From an uncultured Holophagales bacterium (GTDB lineage: Bacteria; Acidobacteriota; Thermoanaerobaculia; Multivoradales; UBA5704): DNA of 64,000 nt. The notes below the pieces were generated by a model that did no database searches, had not been told where the DNA came from, and saw only the letters and a list, made by a program, of their open reading frames with translations. Of this stretch, positions 52,997 to 64,000 are shown in pieces. The first letter of the stretch is position 1. Every line of letters begins with the position of its first letter. The stretch is from NCBI GenBank assembly GCA_963842525.1, contig CAWJGT010000019.1, forward strand, positions 256,001-320,000. Reading direction: 5' to 3'. The position numbers and the translations under genes are program-made.

Positions 52997-54315
52997 GCGA
53001 GGCCACCGCGCCATCGCGGCCACCGAGGCGATCCGCGTCGAGCAGCTCGTGAAGCTCTACCGCCGGACCCTCCCGGGCGACCGGCTGCGCACCCTCAAGA
53101 GCGCGCTGCTCGAAGGGAGCCTCACCAGCAACCTGCGGCGCGACGAGGCCATCGTGGCCCTGGAGGGGATCGACTTCTCTGTGGCGCGCGGCGAGGCGTT
53201 CGGCGTGGTCGGCGGCAACGGCTCGGGGAAGTCGACCCTGCTCAAGCTGATCGCCGGCATGCTCAAGCCCACCGCCGGGCGGATCACCGTCACCGGCCGG
53301 GTGGCGGCGATGATCGAGCTCGGCGCAGGCTTCCATCCGGAAATCTCGGGCCGCGAGAACGTCTTCATCAACGGCGCCGTGCTCGGCCTCTCCCGCCGCG
53401 AGATCGAACGGCGCTACGAGGAGATCGTCGAGTTCTCCGGCCTCGGCGACTTCATGGAGGAGCCGGTCAAGAACTACTCGTCCGGCATGTACGTCCGCCT
53501 CGGCTTCGCGGTGGCCATCCACACCGATCCGGACGTGCTGCTGGTCGACGAGGTCCTGGCCGTGGGGGACGAGGCCTTCGCCCATCGCTGCGTGCGGCGG
53601 ATCGAGGAGTTCCTCGCCGCCGGCCGGACCCTCCTCCTGGTCAGCCACTCGCTCGACCTCGTCGCCGGCCTCTGCGACCGGGTCCTCTGGCTGGAGGACG
53701 GGAAGCAGCGCCTGGTGGCCTCGCCGCGGCGGGCGATCGACGCCTACCGCCAGGCCGTGGCCGAGCAGGAGGCGGAAGGGCACCAGGCGGCCAAAGAGGC
53801 CAAGGAGGCCAAGACGCAGCGCGAGGCCGCGGCAGGGGACGAGCAGGCCGAAGAGAACCTGCGCTGGGGCTCGCGTGCGGCCGAGATCACCGCGGCCCGC
53901 CTCCTGGGCTCCTCGGGCGCCGAGCACTACCACCTGCAGTCCGGGGAGGACGCGGTGTTCGAGATCCAGGCCCGGGCCGAGCAGCCGCTCACCGACTTCG
54001 TCTTCGGCGTCGCCGTCAAGACGCCGCGCGAGGTGGAGGTCTGGGGAACCAACACGGACCTGGAAGGCTACGTCCCCGTCTCCTTCCAGGGGGAGGCCAC
54101 CGTGCGCCTGGTCTGCCCGGCGTTGCGCCTCGCCCCGGGCGACTACACTGTCGACGTGGCGGTGCATGCTCGCGACGGCGCCCCCTACGACTACCGGCGC
54201 CGGATCTTCACCTTCACCGTCACTGCCCCCACCGGAGGGATTGGCGTCTACTTCCCCGAGCACCGGTGGGAAGCTCGACGGCGGAGTCCGCTGGGAGGAG
54301 CCGCCGTCGCCGTAG
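52993..54315 (+). CDS. ABC polysaccharide export ATPase with Wzt C-terminal domain; two indels (~53010, ~54271)
   Basis: GGNGSGKST, YSSGM, LLVDE. ATG 52993 overlaps the wzm stop and needs +1 base. Removing one A at 54271 gives WELDGGVRWEEPPSP* (TAG 54313-54315). Confidence 0.88.
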
Positions 54316-54349
54316 GGGCAGCAGACCGCGCCCAAGAGGAGCACGCGCC

Positions 54350-55654
54350 ATGGCTCAACCGCCGCCCGACGAGCTCACCGAGCTGGCCCGCCGGCTCGTT
54401 CCGCTGGCGCTCGCGGCGGTCGATTCCGAGCGGCTGGTGCGCGACGAGCTCCAGCGGCGGGCCGCCGCCGGCTTCGCGGCGGTCCTCGCCGTGGGCAAGG
54501 CCGCGGCGGCCCTGGCGCGCGGTGTTCGAGGCGCCCGCGGCGCTCTCGCCAACTCGCCGCGCTGCCTGCTCATCCGCCCGCACTCCAGCCCGGCGCTCCT
54601 CGATCCGGGCTGGGAGCAGACGAGCGGCGGCCACCCGCTGCCCGACCGGCAGAGCGTCGCCGCCGGGGAACGCCTCCGGCGGTGGCTCGCCGCGATGGGC
54701 CCTTCCGACACGCTGCTCGCCTTGATCTCCGGCGGCGCCTCCGCCTGCATCGAGGTGCCCGCCCCCGGCCTCACCCTCGACGACCTGGTGGCGACCCAGC
54801 GGGCGCTGCTGGCCTCGGGGCTGCCGATCGCCAGGATCAACGCCGTGCGCAAGCACCTCTCGATGCTCAAGGGAGGCGGCGCCCTGCGCTGCACCCGTGG
54901 CCGGGTGGTGGCGCTGCTCCTCTCGGACGTGCCGGGAGACGACCCGTCAACCATCGCCTCCGGGCTCTTCGCCGCGGACCCGACCCAGTACGCCGATGCA
55001 TTGGCGGCCGTCCTGCCTCTCGACGTGCCGCCGCGGGTGCGCGACCACCTCGCGGCCGGTGTGCATGGCGCCGTGCCCGAGACGTTGAAACCGGGCGATC
55101 CTGACCTCGCCCGGGTGGAGAGCGCGCTCCTCGGCAGCGCCGGCACGGCCGTGGCCGCGGTGGCGGCCGAGCTGCGGCGCCAGGGTTTCGCGGTGGAGGA
55201 GGGGAGCCTCGGCGGCGAGGCTTCCCGCGCGGCCCGGGACCTGGTGGCCCGCGGCCGGAGCCTCGCCGGCGCACGGACCGCCGTGGTCCTGGGCGGCGAG
55301 ACCACGGTCACCCTGACCGGCCCGGGCAGCGGACAGGGAGGCCGCAACGGCGAGCTGGCGCTCGCCGCGGCCCGGGACCTGCGAGAGGGGTTTCCCGGCC
55401 AGGACGAGGCCGTCCTGGCCCTGGCCACCGACGGCGAGGACGGGACGACGCGGACCGCCGGAGCCGTGGTGAGCAGCCGGACCTGGGAGGCGGTCCGCCG
55501 CGCCGGGATCGATCCGGCGGCGGCCCTGGCGCGGCACGATTCGCTGCCGGCGCTCGCGGCGGTCTGGGGGACTCTCCTCCGCACCGGCGTCACCGGAACC
55601 AATGTCGGCGACCTGGTGATCTACCTGCGGGCGCCGTCTCCGGGAATGGGATAG
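54350..55654 (+). CDS. Glycerate kinase type 2 / MOFRL family (DUF4147)
   Basis: AVGKAA, GHPLPD, ISGGAS, RKHLSMLKGG, SDVPGDD, GGETTV, GGRN, TDGEDG, TGTNVGD. Confidence 0.9.
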   Translation: MAQPPPDELTELARRLVPLALAAVDSERLVRDELQRRAAAGFAAVLAVGKAAAALARGVRGARGALANSPRCLLIRPHSSPALLDPGWEQTSGGHPLPDRQSVAAGERLRRWLAAMGPSDTLLALISGGASACIEVPAPGLTLDDLVATQRALLASGLPIARINAVRKHLSMLKGGGALRCTRGRVVALLLSDVPGDDPSTIASGLFAADPTQYADALAAVLPLDVPPRVRDHLAAGVHGAVPETLKPGDPDLARVESALLGSAGTAVAAVAAELRRQGFAVEEGSLGGEASRAARDLVARGRSLAGARTAVVLGGETTVTLTGPGSGQGGRNGELALAAARDLREGFPGQDEAVLALATDGEDGTTRTAGAVVSSRTWEAVRRAGIDPAAALARHDSLPALAAVWGTLLRTGVTGTNVGDLVIYLRAPSPGMG

Positions 55655-55687
55655 CATGGTCCAAACGAGACGACAAGGAGGTCCCCT

Positions 55688-55966
55688 GTGGAGGAGCCGA
55701 AGGGACTCGGCATCAAGATCGGCGACGAAGAGCTGAGGGGCCGCTACTCGAACCTGCTCCGCATCACCCATACGCGCGAGGAGTTCATCCTCGACTTCAT
55801 CAACCTGGCGCCGCCGCAGGGGATCGTCACGGCCCGTGTCGTGACCAGCCCCGGCCACCTGAAGCGGATCATCGGCGCCCTGGTGGCGAACCTGGACAGG
55901 TACGAACAGACGTTCGGCATCATCCAGGAGGCGCCGGAGCCGACCGAGGACGGTGGCGTGCATTGA
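55688..55966 (+). CDS. DUF3467-like protein
   Basis: AAGGAGG RBS; GRYSNLLRITHTREEFILDF..ARVVTSPGHLKR. Confidence 0.8.
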   Translation: MEEPKGLGIKIGDEELRGRYSNLLRITHTREEFILDFINLAPPQGIVTARVVTSPGHLKRIIGALVANLDRYEQTFGIIQEAPEPTEDGGVH

Positions 55967-55967
55967 C

Positions 55968-56621
55968 ATGACCGGACCTCGCCGCGGAGGGCCTTGGCTG
56001 GTGCTCATCCTGCCGCTGCTCTCGTGGCTCGCCCCGGGCTGCCAGTCCGGAGGGGGTCGTCCGCCGTCCACCGGCGCGGGCGGGCTGCTGGACGGCCCCA
56101 CCCGCTGGCTGATGCTCCCCGACGAGATGCGGCAGGCCCAGCATCTGGAGACCACCCGCGAGGCGGTCGACTTCGTCGAGGCGTTCTGGCGCCGGCGCGA
56201 TCCCGATCCGCTCCAGCCCGGCAACGAGTTCGCGAAGGCCTTCAACGAACGGGTGGAGGCCGCCGACCACCTCTACGGCGAGGGCGGCGAACGCGGCAGC
56301 CTGACCGACCGCGGCCGGGCCCTGGTCCTGCTCGGCCCGCCGCCGGTCCTGCGCTACAACCGCAAGCGCCTCCCCGCCTGGGAGCCCGGCAAGCTCGGAA
56401 CCCGGCCCGCGATCCAGACACGCACCGCCATGGTGGAGGTCTGGGTCTACCCGCTGACCGACCTGCCGCCCGAGCTGGCCAAGGCGCTCCTGGACGAGGA
56501 GCCCGAGGCGGAGCAGATCGAGCTCTCCTTCCTGGAAGAGGGCGACCGCACCCGCCTGATCGAGGGAGAGAAATTCCTGGAGATCACCGCCCGCGCGGCG
56601 GTGCGCGACCTCACCCCCTAG
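55968..56621 (+). CDS. GWxTD-domain (lipo)protein
   Basis: Lipobox-like LAPGC. FWRRRDPDP..NEF..RVEAAD..GSLTDRGRALVLLGPP..EVWVY. Confidence 0.82.
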   Translation: MTGPRRGGPWLVLILPLLSWLAPGCQSGGGRPPSTGAGGLLDGPTRWLMLPDEMRQAQHLETTREAVDFVEAFWRRRDPDPLQPGNEFAKAFNERVEAADHLYGEGGERGSLTDRGRALVLLGPPPVLRYNRKRLPAWEPGKLGTRPAIQTRTAMVEVWVYPLTDLPPELAKALLDEEPEAEQIELSFLEEGDRTRLIEGEKFLEITARAAVRDLTP

Positions 56622-56820
56622 CCCCCTCTCCCATCGCTCTCCCTTCCCTCGGGAGAGGGGGAACGCAGGCGAGGCAATGGGGTGTATCCAAGGCTACAGA
56701 TCCGTGCGGAACCGGGTGTGGACGCAGGTGCCCGGACTCGCCTAGACGGCCTGAGCCACGTCCCCCCTCTCCCGGGGATGGATGGGTGGGAGATGGGAGA
56801 GGGGGACAGGGGGTGAGGTC
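56607..56820. repeat. REP/RPE-like palindromic element; supplies the GWxTD gene stop codon
   Basis: Terminal inverted repeats GACCTCACCCCCT / AGGGGGTGAGGTC; each arm has a CCCCTCTCCC..GGGAGAGGGG hairpin. Confidence 0.85.
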
Positions 56821-56912
56821 ATAGCCCCAAAAGCCGCTGGCGCTGTTCTCCGTCACCTGCCTTTGCCGCTGCGCCGCCTGATCCGGGATCGCGCGAGCCG
56901 TCATTTCCACGG

Positions 56913-58601
<1,689 letters not shown>

Positions 58602-58701
58602 GCTCACACCTCCTCCTCGCCCGCGGGTGAGGCAAGATCGGTGCCGAAGTGTAACCTCTCGGGCCTTTCGCGCGTAAGGTGGGTGGAAGGAGGAGATTCC
58701 T

Positions 58702-59547
58702 ATGCGAAATCCTGTTCTGCGCACGCTCGGACTGACCCTGCTGGTCCTGGCCTCCGCCACGGCGGCCGAGGCGGTCACTCTCAAGGACAAGCTCACCAAG
58801 ACGTCGCCGCTCAAGCCGGGCGGCATCGTAGTCATCGAGAACGTCAACGGCGGCATCACCCTGGAGGCCTGGGACCGTCAGGAGGTCCAGGTCGAGGCCG
58901 AGAAGCGCGTCAAGGCCGACGACGAGGACGTCGCCAAGAAGGTCATGGCCGAGATCAAGTTCGACATCAAGGCGGACGCCAACAGCTTCCGCATCAAGAC
59001 GATCATGCCCAAGCGGAACGACGGCTTCTTCGACTGGCTGAGCGGCAACAATGCGAACGTCAGCGTCGAATACCGCGTCCGCGTTCCCCGCGAGGTCGCG
59101 CTGGAGGTCGACAACACCAACGGCGGCATCAAGGTGACCGGCACGCGCGGCAAGGCCAACCTGAGCACGACCAACGGCGGCTTCAAGCTCGACCGGACGG
59201 CCGGTGACATGCGCCTGAGCACGACCAACGGCGGCATCGCGGTCACCAATGCCGCGGGCACCGTCAGGGCGGAGACCACCAACGGCGGCATCGATGTGCA
59301 GCTCAACAAGGTCGCAGAGGGGGCGGACCTGTCGTTCGTCTCGACGAATGGCGGCATCACCGTGAAGCTCCCCCGGGACATCCGTGTATCGCTCGACGCC
59401 TCAACCAGCAACGGACGGGTCCACAGCGATTTCGACGTCGAGGGGGGGACTCCGGGCAAGCGCAGCCTGGAGGGCGATATCAACGGCGGCGGCGGCAAGC
59501 TCAAGGTCCGCACCACGAACGGCGGCGTTCACCTCGTCGCCGGGTGA
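58702..59547 (+). CDS. Secreted DUF4097-like beta-strand repeat protein
   Basis: GGAGGAG RBS, signal peptide, repeated (T/S)TNGGI motifs. Confidence 0.88.
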   Translation: MRNPVLRTLGLTLLVLASATAAEAVTLKDKLTKTSPLKPGGIVVIENVNGGITLEAWDRQEVQVEAEKRVKADDEDVAKKVMAEIKFDIKADANSFRIKTIMPKRNDGFFDWLSGNNANVSVEYRVRVPREVALEVDNTNGGIKVTGTRGKANLSTTNGGFKLDRTAGDMRLSTTNGGIAVTNAAGTVRAETTNGGIDVQLNKVAEGADLSFVSTNGGITVKLPRDIRVSLDASTSNGRVHSDFDVEGGTPGKRSLEGDINGGGGKLKVRTTNGGVHLVAG

Positions 59548-59548
59548 G

Positions 59549-59613
59549 CCCTCTCCCCCTGGCCCCCTCTCCCGTGCGGCCCCCGGCCGTCCACCCCGAA
59601 CGGGAGAGGGGGA
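59549..59613. repeat. Single arm of the same REP-like family between convergent genes
   Basis: CCCTCTCCCCCTGGCCCCCTCTCCC..GGGAGAGGGGG. Confidence 0.75.
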
Positions 59614-59616
59614 GAG

Positions 59617-60084
59617 TCATTGCAGCGACACCGAGTGGCTGGTGTCCGTGAGCCAGATCAGCCCGTCGTATTGGCTGGCGACCGCGGCGGGATAGAAGGC
59701 GCAGCGGACCGCCAGGGCGCCGATCGAGCGGAAGGGCCTCTCCGCGGCGAGCCAGGGAGCGGCCGGCGAGCCGCCGACACTGCGGAGGTCGACGATGAGC
59801 CGGGGGAGGCCCGCGCTGCGCAGGGTCGCCCTTGCCACCTTCGGTCCAGGGAGCCTTGTCGGAATACCGCATGCGCAGGCTGCTGCGGCCCGACTGGAAC
59901 ACCTGGGTGTCCGGCCGGATCTCGTAGCCCATGCTCCCCGAGTACCAGCCCCCGAGGCAGTCGGGAGCTTCGAGGTCGAGGTCGAGGTACGGATTCGCCG
60001 GCGCGCCCTGGACCGGCGCGTTCGCGAGGAGAGGAGGAGACCGAGGGCGAGCCAGGACCAGCGGGACGTCTTCACAGCGGACAT
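59617..60084 (-). pseudogene. Internally deleted, frameshifted erythromycin-esterase-like gene
   Basis: Signal peptide and LDLDFE..SGRSSLRMR N-terminal piece joined near 59830 to the C-terminal LIVDLR..WLAAERPFRSIGA..QYDGLIWLTDTSHS piece. Catalytic core missing. Confidence 0.6.
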
Positions 60085-60208
60085 CTCCTTTCTAGAGATC
60101 GATCTCGTCGAGCGACAGGAGCCCTTGTTTCAGAGCATAGATCACGGCCTGGGCCCCGGCGGTCCCTCGGGTACGCGTGGGCGCCCAGGCGCGCCGGGCC
60201 GGGCATTA

Positions 60209-60523
60209 GTGGCACGGCGGCTTCCCACCCACCGTCCGCCGACGCATCCTGGAGAGATGCTCCTGGAGGAATTCCTGAAGCCGCTCGCCATCAGCCAGTC
60301 GACCTTTGCCATCCGCCTTGGAGTCTCCTTCCCGAGACTCAATGAAGTCATTCGGGGCAAGAGGTCGGTCACTCCCGATACGGCCCTCCGCCTGGCCCGC
60401 GTCCTTGGCACCTCGGCTGACTTCTGGCTGGGCCTGCAGCAGGACTGGGACCTGTGGCAAGCCCTGCACGGCAAAGAAGCGGCCGCAATCGAGCAGCTCG
60501 AGCCGCTCCGCCTTCCCGCATGA
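60209..60523 (+). CDS. higA: HigA-family antitoxin (XRE HTH), orphan
   Basis: PTHPGEMLLEEFLKPL..NEVIRGKRSVTPDTALRLAR..FWLGLQQDWDL; no higB upstream. Confidence 0.9.
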   Translation: MARRLPTHRPPTHPGEMLLEEFLKPLAISQSTFAIRLGVSFPRLNEVIRGKRSVTPDTALRLARVLGTSADFWLGLQQDWDLWQALHGKEAAAIEQLEPLRLPA

Positions 60524-60533
60524 GCGGGAGGTT

Positions 60534-62141
60534 GTGAAACAATCCGGTTCCCGGAAGGAGGGTCGTGCTCTGCGCAGGGTCGGAGTGTTCGGATGGGGTG
60601 TCGTCGCGCCCCGGTCCCCCAACATCGAAGCGTTCGCCAGGAACCTCGCCGATTCGGCGAGCTGGCTGAGCCCGTTCCAGGGGTTCGGACCGAACAACTT
60701 CCTCGTCGGCATGCCCGAGTTCTCGTTCCAGGACTACCACGACTGGCTCGACGCGCGCTTCCCGCCCAGCCGCTTCCGGCAGCTCCAGGAGAAGATGGAC
60801 CTGACGACTCTCTACGCGGTCGGCTCGTTCATCCAGTCCCTGGGCCAGAACCCGGGGATCGAAGAAGAGCTGGCCCGGCTGGGCACCGAGGCCCACGTCT
60901 ACGTCGGCACCGGCATCGGCAACATCATCACGATTTCCGAGCAGACCCGCGTGCTCGACCGGGCGCAGCGGCGCTGGGACCGCTTCTGGGCCGAGCGCAA
61001 CCCGGATCTCCAGGCCTGGCGCGGCACGCCGCCCGGGCAGCGGATCGCCGCGCCGGGCATGCCGCCGGACCCGGACTGCCTGCCGCCGGAGGAGCGGCCG
61101 GACGCCGAGATCGCCTTGTGGCACTGGTGGGCCGGCCGGTCGTCCGACCTCCAGGTCTATCTGCAGGAGCTGGCCGCAATCGAGTCGCTCACCGTGGAGG
61201 GCGACGTCGAGAGCGGCAAGATGAGCGTGCTCAAGGAGAAGCAGCGGCGGCAGAAGCAGCTCCAGGAGCGCTGGGGCGCGCCCCAGCCGCCCTGGCAGGC
61301 GATCTCGGCCAACCTGGTCTGGAACCTCCACAACACGCCGGCCTCGCAGATCTCGATGCTGGGCAAGATCACCGGCCTCGCCTTCTCCCCGGTGGCCGCC
61401 TGCTCGACCTTCGGCGTGGCCTTGAAGCTCGCCGTGGACGCGATCCAGCGCGGCGAGGCCAAGGCGGTGGTGATGGGCGCGACCGATCCGCCGCCGCACC
61501 CGCTCTCCGTGGGAGCCTTCTACGGGGCGCGGGTGATCTCGTCCGACACGAGCGTCTCCAAGCCCCTGACCGGCATGCGCGGGACCCACGTCGGCGGCGG
61601 CTCCGTCATCTGGATTGTCGGTGACTACGAGCACATGACGGCGCGCGGGTTCCGCCCGCTGGGCATGGAGCCGGTGGGGGTGGGGGTCAGCTCCGACGCC
61701 GACCACATCATCACCCCGTCGGTCGAGGGGCCGACCGAGGCCATCCGCCAGGCCTTCGAAATCTCCGGCGTGAGCCCGGAGGAGATCGGCACCTGGGACC
61801 TCCACGCCACCGCCACCCCCGGCGACTACCAGGAGATCCACAACCTGCGGTCGGTCCTGCCGTCCTCCGTCCTGGTGACCGCCCGCAAGGGCACCTTCGG
61901 CCACGGCATGTCGGCGGCCGGCGGCTGGGAGCTGACCGCCCAGTACCTCGGCTACGAGCGCGGCGCGCTCTTCCCGACGCCGCTCCACCCGGAGGAGCTG
62001 AACCCGCAGATCGAGGCGGTCCACACCCGGTTCGTCTGCGACCAGGCCGTCCCCCTGCCTCCCGGTCTGGCCGGCAAGCTGTCGATGGGCGTGGGCGGGA
62101 TCAACGCCTGCATCATCTCGCGGCCCTGGGACAGGGGGTGA
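60534..62141 (+). CDS. Stand-alone FabF-like beta-ketoacyl synthase with internal insertion
   Basis: GGGAGG RBS and GTG. PVAACST (Cys), DLHATAT (His), KGTFGHGM (His), SMGVGGIN. Confidence 0.85.
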   Translation: MKQSGSRKEGRALRRVGVFGWGVVAPRSPNIEAFARNLADSASWLSPFQGFGPNNFLVGMPEFSFQDYHDWLDARFPPSRFRQLQEKMDLTTLYAVGSFIQSLGQNPGIEEELARLGTEAHVYVGTGIGNIITISEQTRVLDRAQRRWDRFWAERNPDLQAWRGTPPGQRIAAPGMPPDPDCLPPEERPDAEIALWHWWAGRSSDLQVYLQELAAIESLTVEGDVESGKMSVLKEKQRRQKQLQERWGAPQPPWQAISANLVWNLHNTPASQISMLGKITGLAFSPVAACSTFGVALKLAVDAIQRGEAKAVVMGATDPPPHPLSVGAFYGARVISSDTSVSKPLTGMRGTHVGGGSVIWIVGDYEHMTARGFRPLGMEPVGVGVSSDADHIITPSVEGPTEAIRQAFEISGVSPEEIGTWDLHATATPGDYQEIHNLRSVLPSSVLVTARKGTFGHGMSAAGGWELTAQYLGYERGALFPTPLHPEELNPQIEAVHTRFVCDQAVPLPPGLAGKLSMGVGGINACIISRPWDRG

Positions 62142-62152
62142 GAGGCTACGCC

Positions 62153-62281
62153 TCGCCCAGGGTTCACACCCTGGGCTACCGAATGGCGCCCTCCGGGCTC
62201 GTAAGAACGGCTGTCGAAGAGCCCGGGATTTGAGAGCCCAGAGGGCGAAACTGGGTAGCCCCGGGTGTCAACCCGGGGCGA
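62153..62281. repeat. GTAG-type REP inverted pair (REPIN-like)
   Basis: CCCAGGGTTCACACCCTGGG-CTAC..CGCCCTCCGGGCTC and inverted GAGCCCAGAGGGCG..GTAG-CCCCGGGTGTCAACCCGGGG, between convergent genes. Confidence 0.75.
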
Positions 62282-62282
62282 T

Positions 62283-62927
62283 CTACGCCCGGTTCCGCTC
62301 CTTCGGCGGTGCGCTGCGGTCCGCCTCCGCCTTCCGTTCCTTCGCCGGAGCTTCGGCCTCCAGCGCACCCAGCTCCTCCTCGAGCTTGGCCTCCGAGACG
62401 TAGTGGATGCGGCTGTCCTTCTGGTACTTCTCCGCCTGCGCGATCAGCCGGTTGAGAAGGCGCGAGTGGCGGGTGTCGAAGGTGAGCTGCCTCAGCTCGG
62501 GGTAGAGGAGGCCCGCCACCGCCAGCACGAAGGCGAAGACGTCTTCCCAGATCGGGATGAAAGGGGCCGCGATGATCAGCCCGCCCAGGACCAGGCCCAG
62601 GAGAGCGAAGGCGGCCCGCGCCACCGGATCGGCCTGGCGCCAGACGTCGTAGCCGGTCTTTTCGAGCCGCGTCTGCTCGATCGCCTTCGGGATGTACTGC
62701 GGCATCGAGGTCTCCAGCACCTCCCGTTCGAGCTCCTGCCAGTAGGGGAGCGTGCCGCCGCACTCCTCATAGCTCTGCCGGACCTCGGCGAGCTTGCGGC
62801 GGGCGGCTTCCATCAGGCGGGCCTGCGCCTCGTTCGGCAGCAGGCTCCGCCGCACGTGCTCGCACTCCTGGAGCACGGCATAAAGGACGGTGCCGAAATC
62901 GTACGAAGGGCCGGCGAGGTTCAACAT
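62283..62927 (-). CDS. Hypothetical membrane protein (2 TM)
   Basis: 214-aa ORF, GC3-rich codons, two hydrophobic helices, GGAGG upstream. Confidence 0.75.
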   Translation of the reverse strand: MLNLAGPSYDFGTVLYAVLQECEHVRRSLLPNEAQARLMEAARRKLAEVRQSYEECGGTLPYWQELEREVLETSMPQYIPKAIEQTRLEKTGYDVWRQADPVARAAFALLGLVLGGLIIAAPFIPIWEDVFAFVLAVAGLLYPELRQLTFDTRHSRLLNRLIAQAEKYQKDSRIHYVSEAKLEEELGALEAEAPAKERKAEADRSAPPKERNRA

Positions 62928-62931
62928 GGCT

Positions 62932-63153
62932 TCACGGCCTCCCGTCGTTCGCCGGCTGCTGCTGGTTCTGGTAGTACTGGATCACGCCGAGCTGCTGGAG
63001 CAGCTTGTTGCCGTCGATGATCACATTACCGGCCGGCAGCTTCGGGATCTGACGGATCTCTTTTTTCTGCAGCGCCTCGATGAGCTTGCCGCGGACCTGC
63101 TGGGCAAACGGAGACTGCACCCGAAACCGGGGGTTCTTGATGGATTGGAACAT
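62932..63153 (-). CDS. Small hypothetical protein
   Basis: 73-aa ORF ending 4 bp upstream of the next gene, same strand. Confidence 0.5.
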   Translation of the reverse strand: MFQSIKNPRFRVQSPFAQQVRGKLIEALQKKEIRQIPKLPAGNVIIDGNKLLQQLGVIQYYQNQQQPANDGRP

Positions 63154-63234
63154 GGTTTTTTTATGCTTTCGGTTGGAATGCTACGTAGCTAGATACGAAG
63201 CGGGCCGGCAAGAGTTGCGAAAAGCTGGGGGACC

Positions 63235-63750
63235 TCAGAACCGCCCCCGCGCCTGGGCACGAAACCGGAGGCCGTCGCCGAAGCGCGCCCGCATCAGGTC
63301 GAGATAGCAGTCGAGGACCTTGACCTCCTCGGCGAGCGGCACCTCGTCGGTCTGGGTGGTGCGCAGCGAGGCCCGCAGCAGCTCGGCGAGGCGGTCGAGC
63401 ATCTCGTCGGCCGCCGCAGGGTCGCTGTACATGGTCGAAGAGATGGCGTTCAAGGCGTTGAACAGGAAATGGGGCTGGAGCTGGAGCCGGAGCGACCGCA
63501 GCTCGGCCCGCGCCAGGCTCCCGGCGAGCTGCGCCTCCCGCACCTCGCGCTCCCGGGCGCGGCGCAGGGCGGCGACGCCATGGAGCACCGCCACCATCAC
63601 GGCGAGCCCGATGGCCTGCATGGGCAGCTCCATGGCATAGCGCAGGGGCATCTTCCCGTAGTCGTAATTTCCCAGGCCGGCCAGTGGGAAGAGGACCTCG
63701 CGCTGCCCCCACATCAGGCTGGTGTGGCAGACCGCGAAGAGGAACTCCAC
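63235..63750 (-). pseudogene. Fragment of a LytS/YehU-type sensor histidine kinase
   Basis: AELRSLRLQLQPHFLFNALNAIS..VPLAEE..YLDLMRARFGD, then stops before the HATPase domain. N-terminal TM part incomplete. Confidence 0.75.
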
Positions 63751-63922
63751 GCTCTCGACGTCGCCGACGCCAGGGGATCGGTTCCCGACACTCGAAGCTG
63801 CGGCCGCAGCTCTCAGCGTTTCTCTCTGCCTTCATCCTCCGGGCCGTGAGCGCTCAAGCGCGGCGAAGTAGACCCGGACACTTGATTGAGGTATCATTGT
63901 TTAGAATCCAAGGAGAATCCCC

Positions 63923-64000
63923 ATGAACAGGCGCCTCGTCAAGGTGGTCGTCTGGCTGGTACTTCTGGTGTTCCTCGCGGTCCAGGCGCCGAGCGCCGGA
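63923..64000 (+). CDS. 5' end of a secreted protein, truncated by window edge
   Basis: AAGGAG RBS; MNRRLVKVVVWLVLLVFLAVQAPSAG signal peptide. Confidence 0.65.
   Translation, partial: MNRRLVKVVVWLVLLVFLAVQAPSAG

Noticed and set aside
56607-56820. Small ORFs or a tRNA in the GC-rich hairpin region
   Set aside because: Explained by the palindromic repeat; no cloverleaf or T-loop motif.

Overview
Very GC-rich bacterial DNA. The gene content (GWxTD, DUF3467-like, DUF4097-like, CPxC hypothetical) is suggestive of Acidobacteriota/Thermoanaerobaculia, but this is an inference only. Bases 1-44.4 kb are the 3' part of a large + strand hybrid NRPS/type I PKS gene cluster that begins upstream of the window. 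It has 5 co-oriented, mostly translationally coupled genes, two of them broken by single-base indels (three in total) that look like sequencing errors. Domain order: [..ST]-C-A(Phe)-T-C-A(Tyr)-T-KS-AT-ACP-C-A(Thr)-T-ST-C-A(Ala)-T | KS-AT-ACP-C-A(X)-T | C-A(X)-T-C-A(X)-T-E | C-A(Ser)-T-C*-A(Ser)/N-MT-T | Cy*-A*(dead)-T-MFS. Unusual points: sulfotransferase domains embedded between T and C, minimal PKS modules with non-canonical AT motifs, three modules sharing an unfamiliar A-domain code, no thioesterase, and a terminal degenerate Cy-A-T module read in frame into an MFS transporter and carrying an in-frame palindromic repeat. 44.4-49.5 kb is a lower-GC accessory patch: a small helical-protein gene followed by a ~21-bp periodic array, vapBC flanked by 34-bp direct repeats, gene remnants, a Y1/RAYT-like transposase and a secreted 8-Cys peptide. 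49.6-64 kb is mostly core-like: NYN, HDIG, Wzm/Wzt, MOFRL glycerate kinase, DUF3467, GWxTD, Ycf45/R3H ATPase, DUF4097, orphan higA, a FabF-like KS and pseudogenes, with REP-like palindromes. No rRNA, tRNA or CRISPR was seen. Domain coordinates and substrate codes were read by eye and are approximate.
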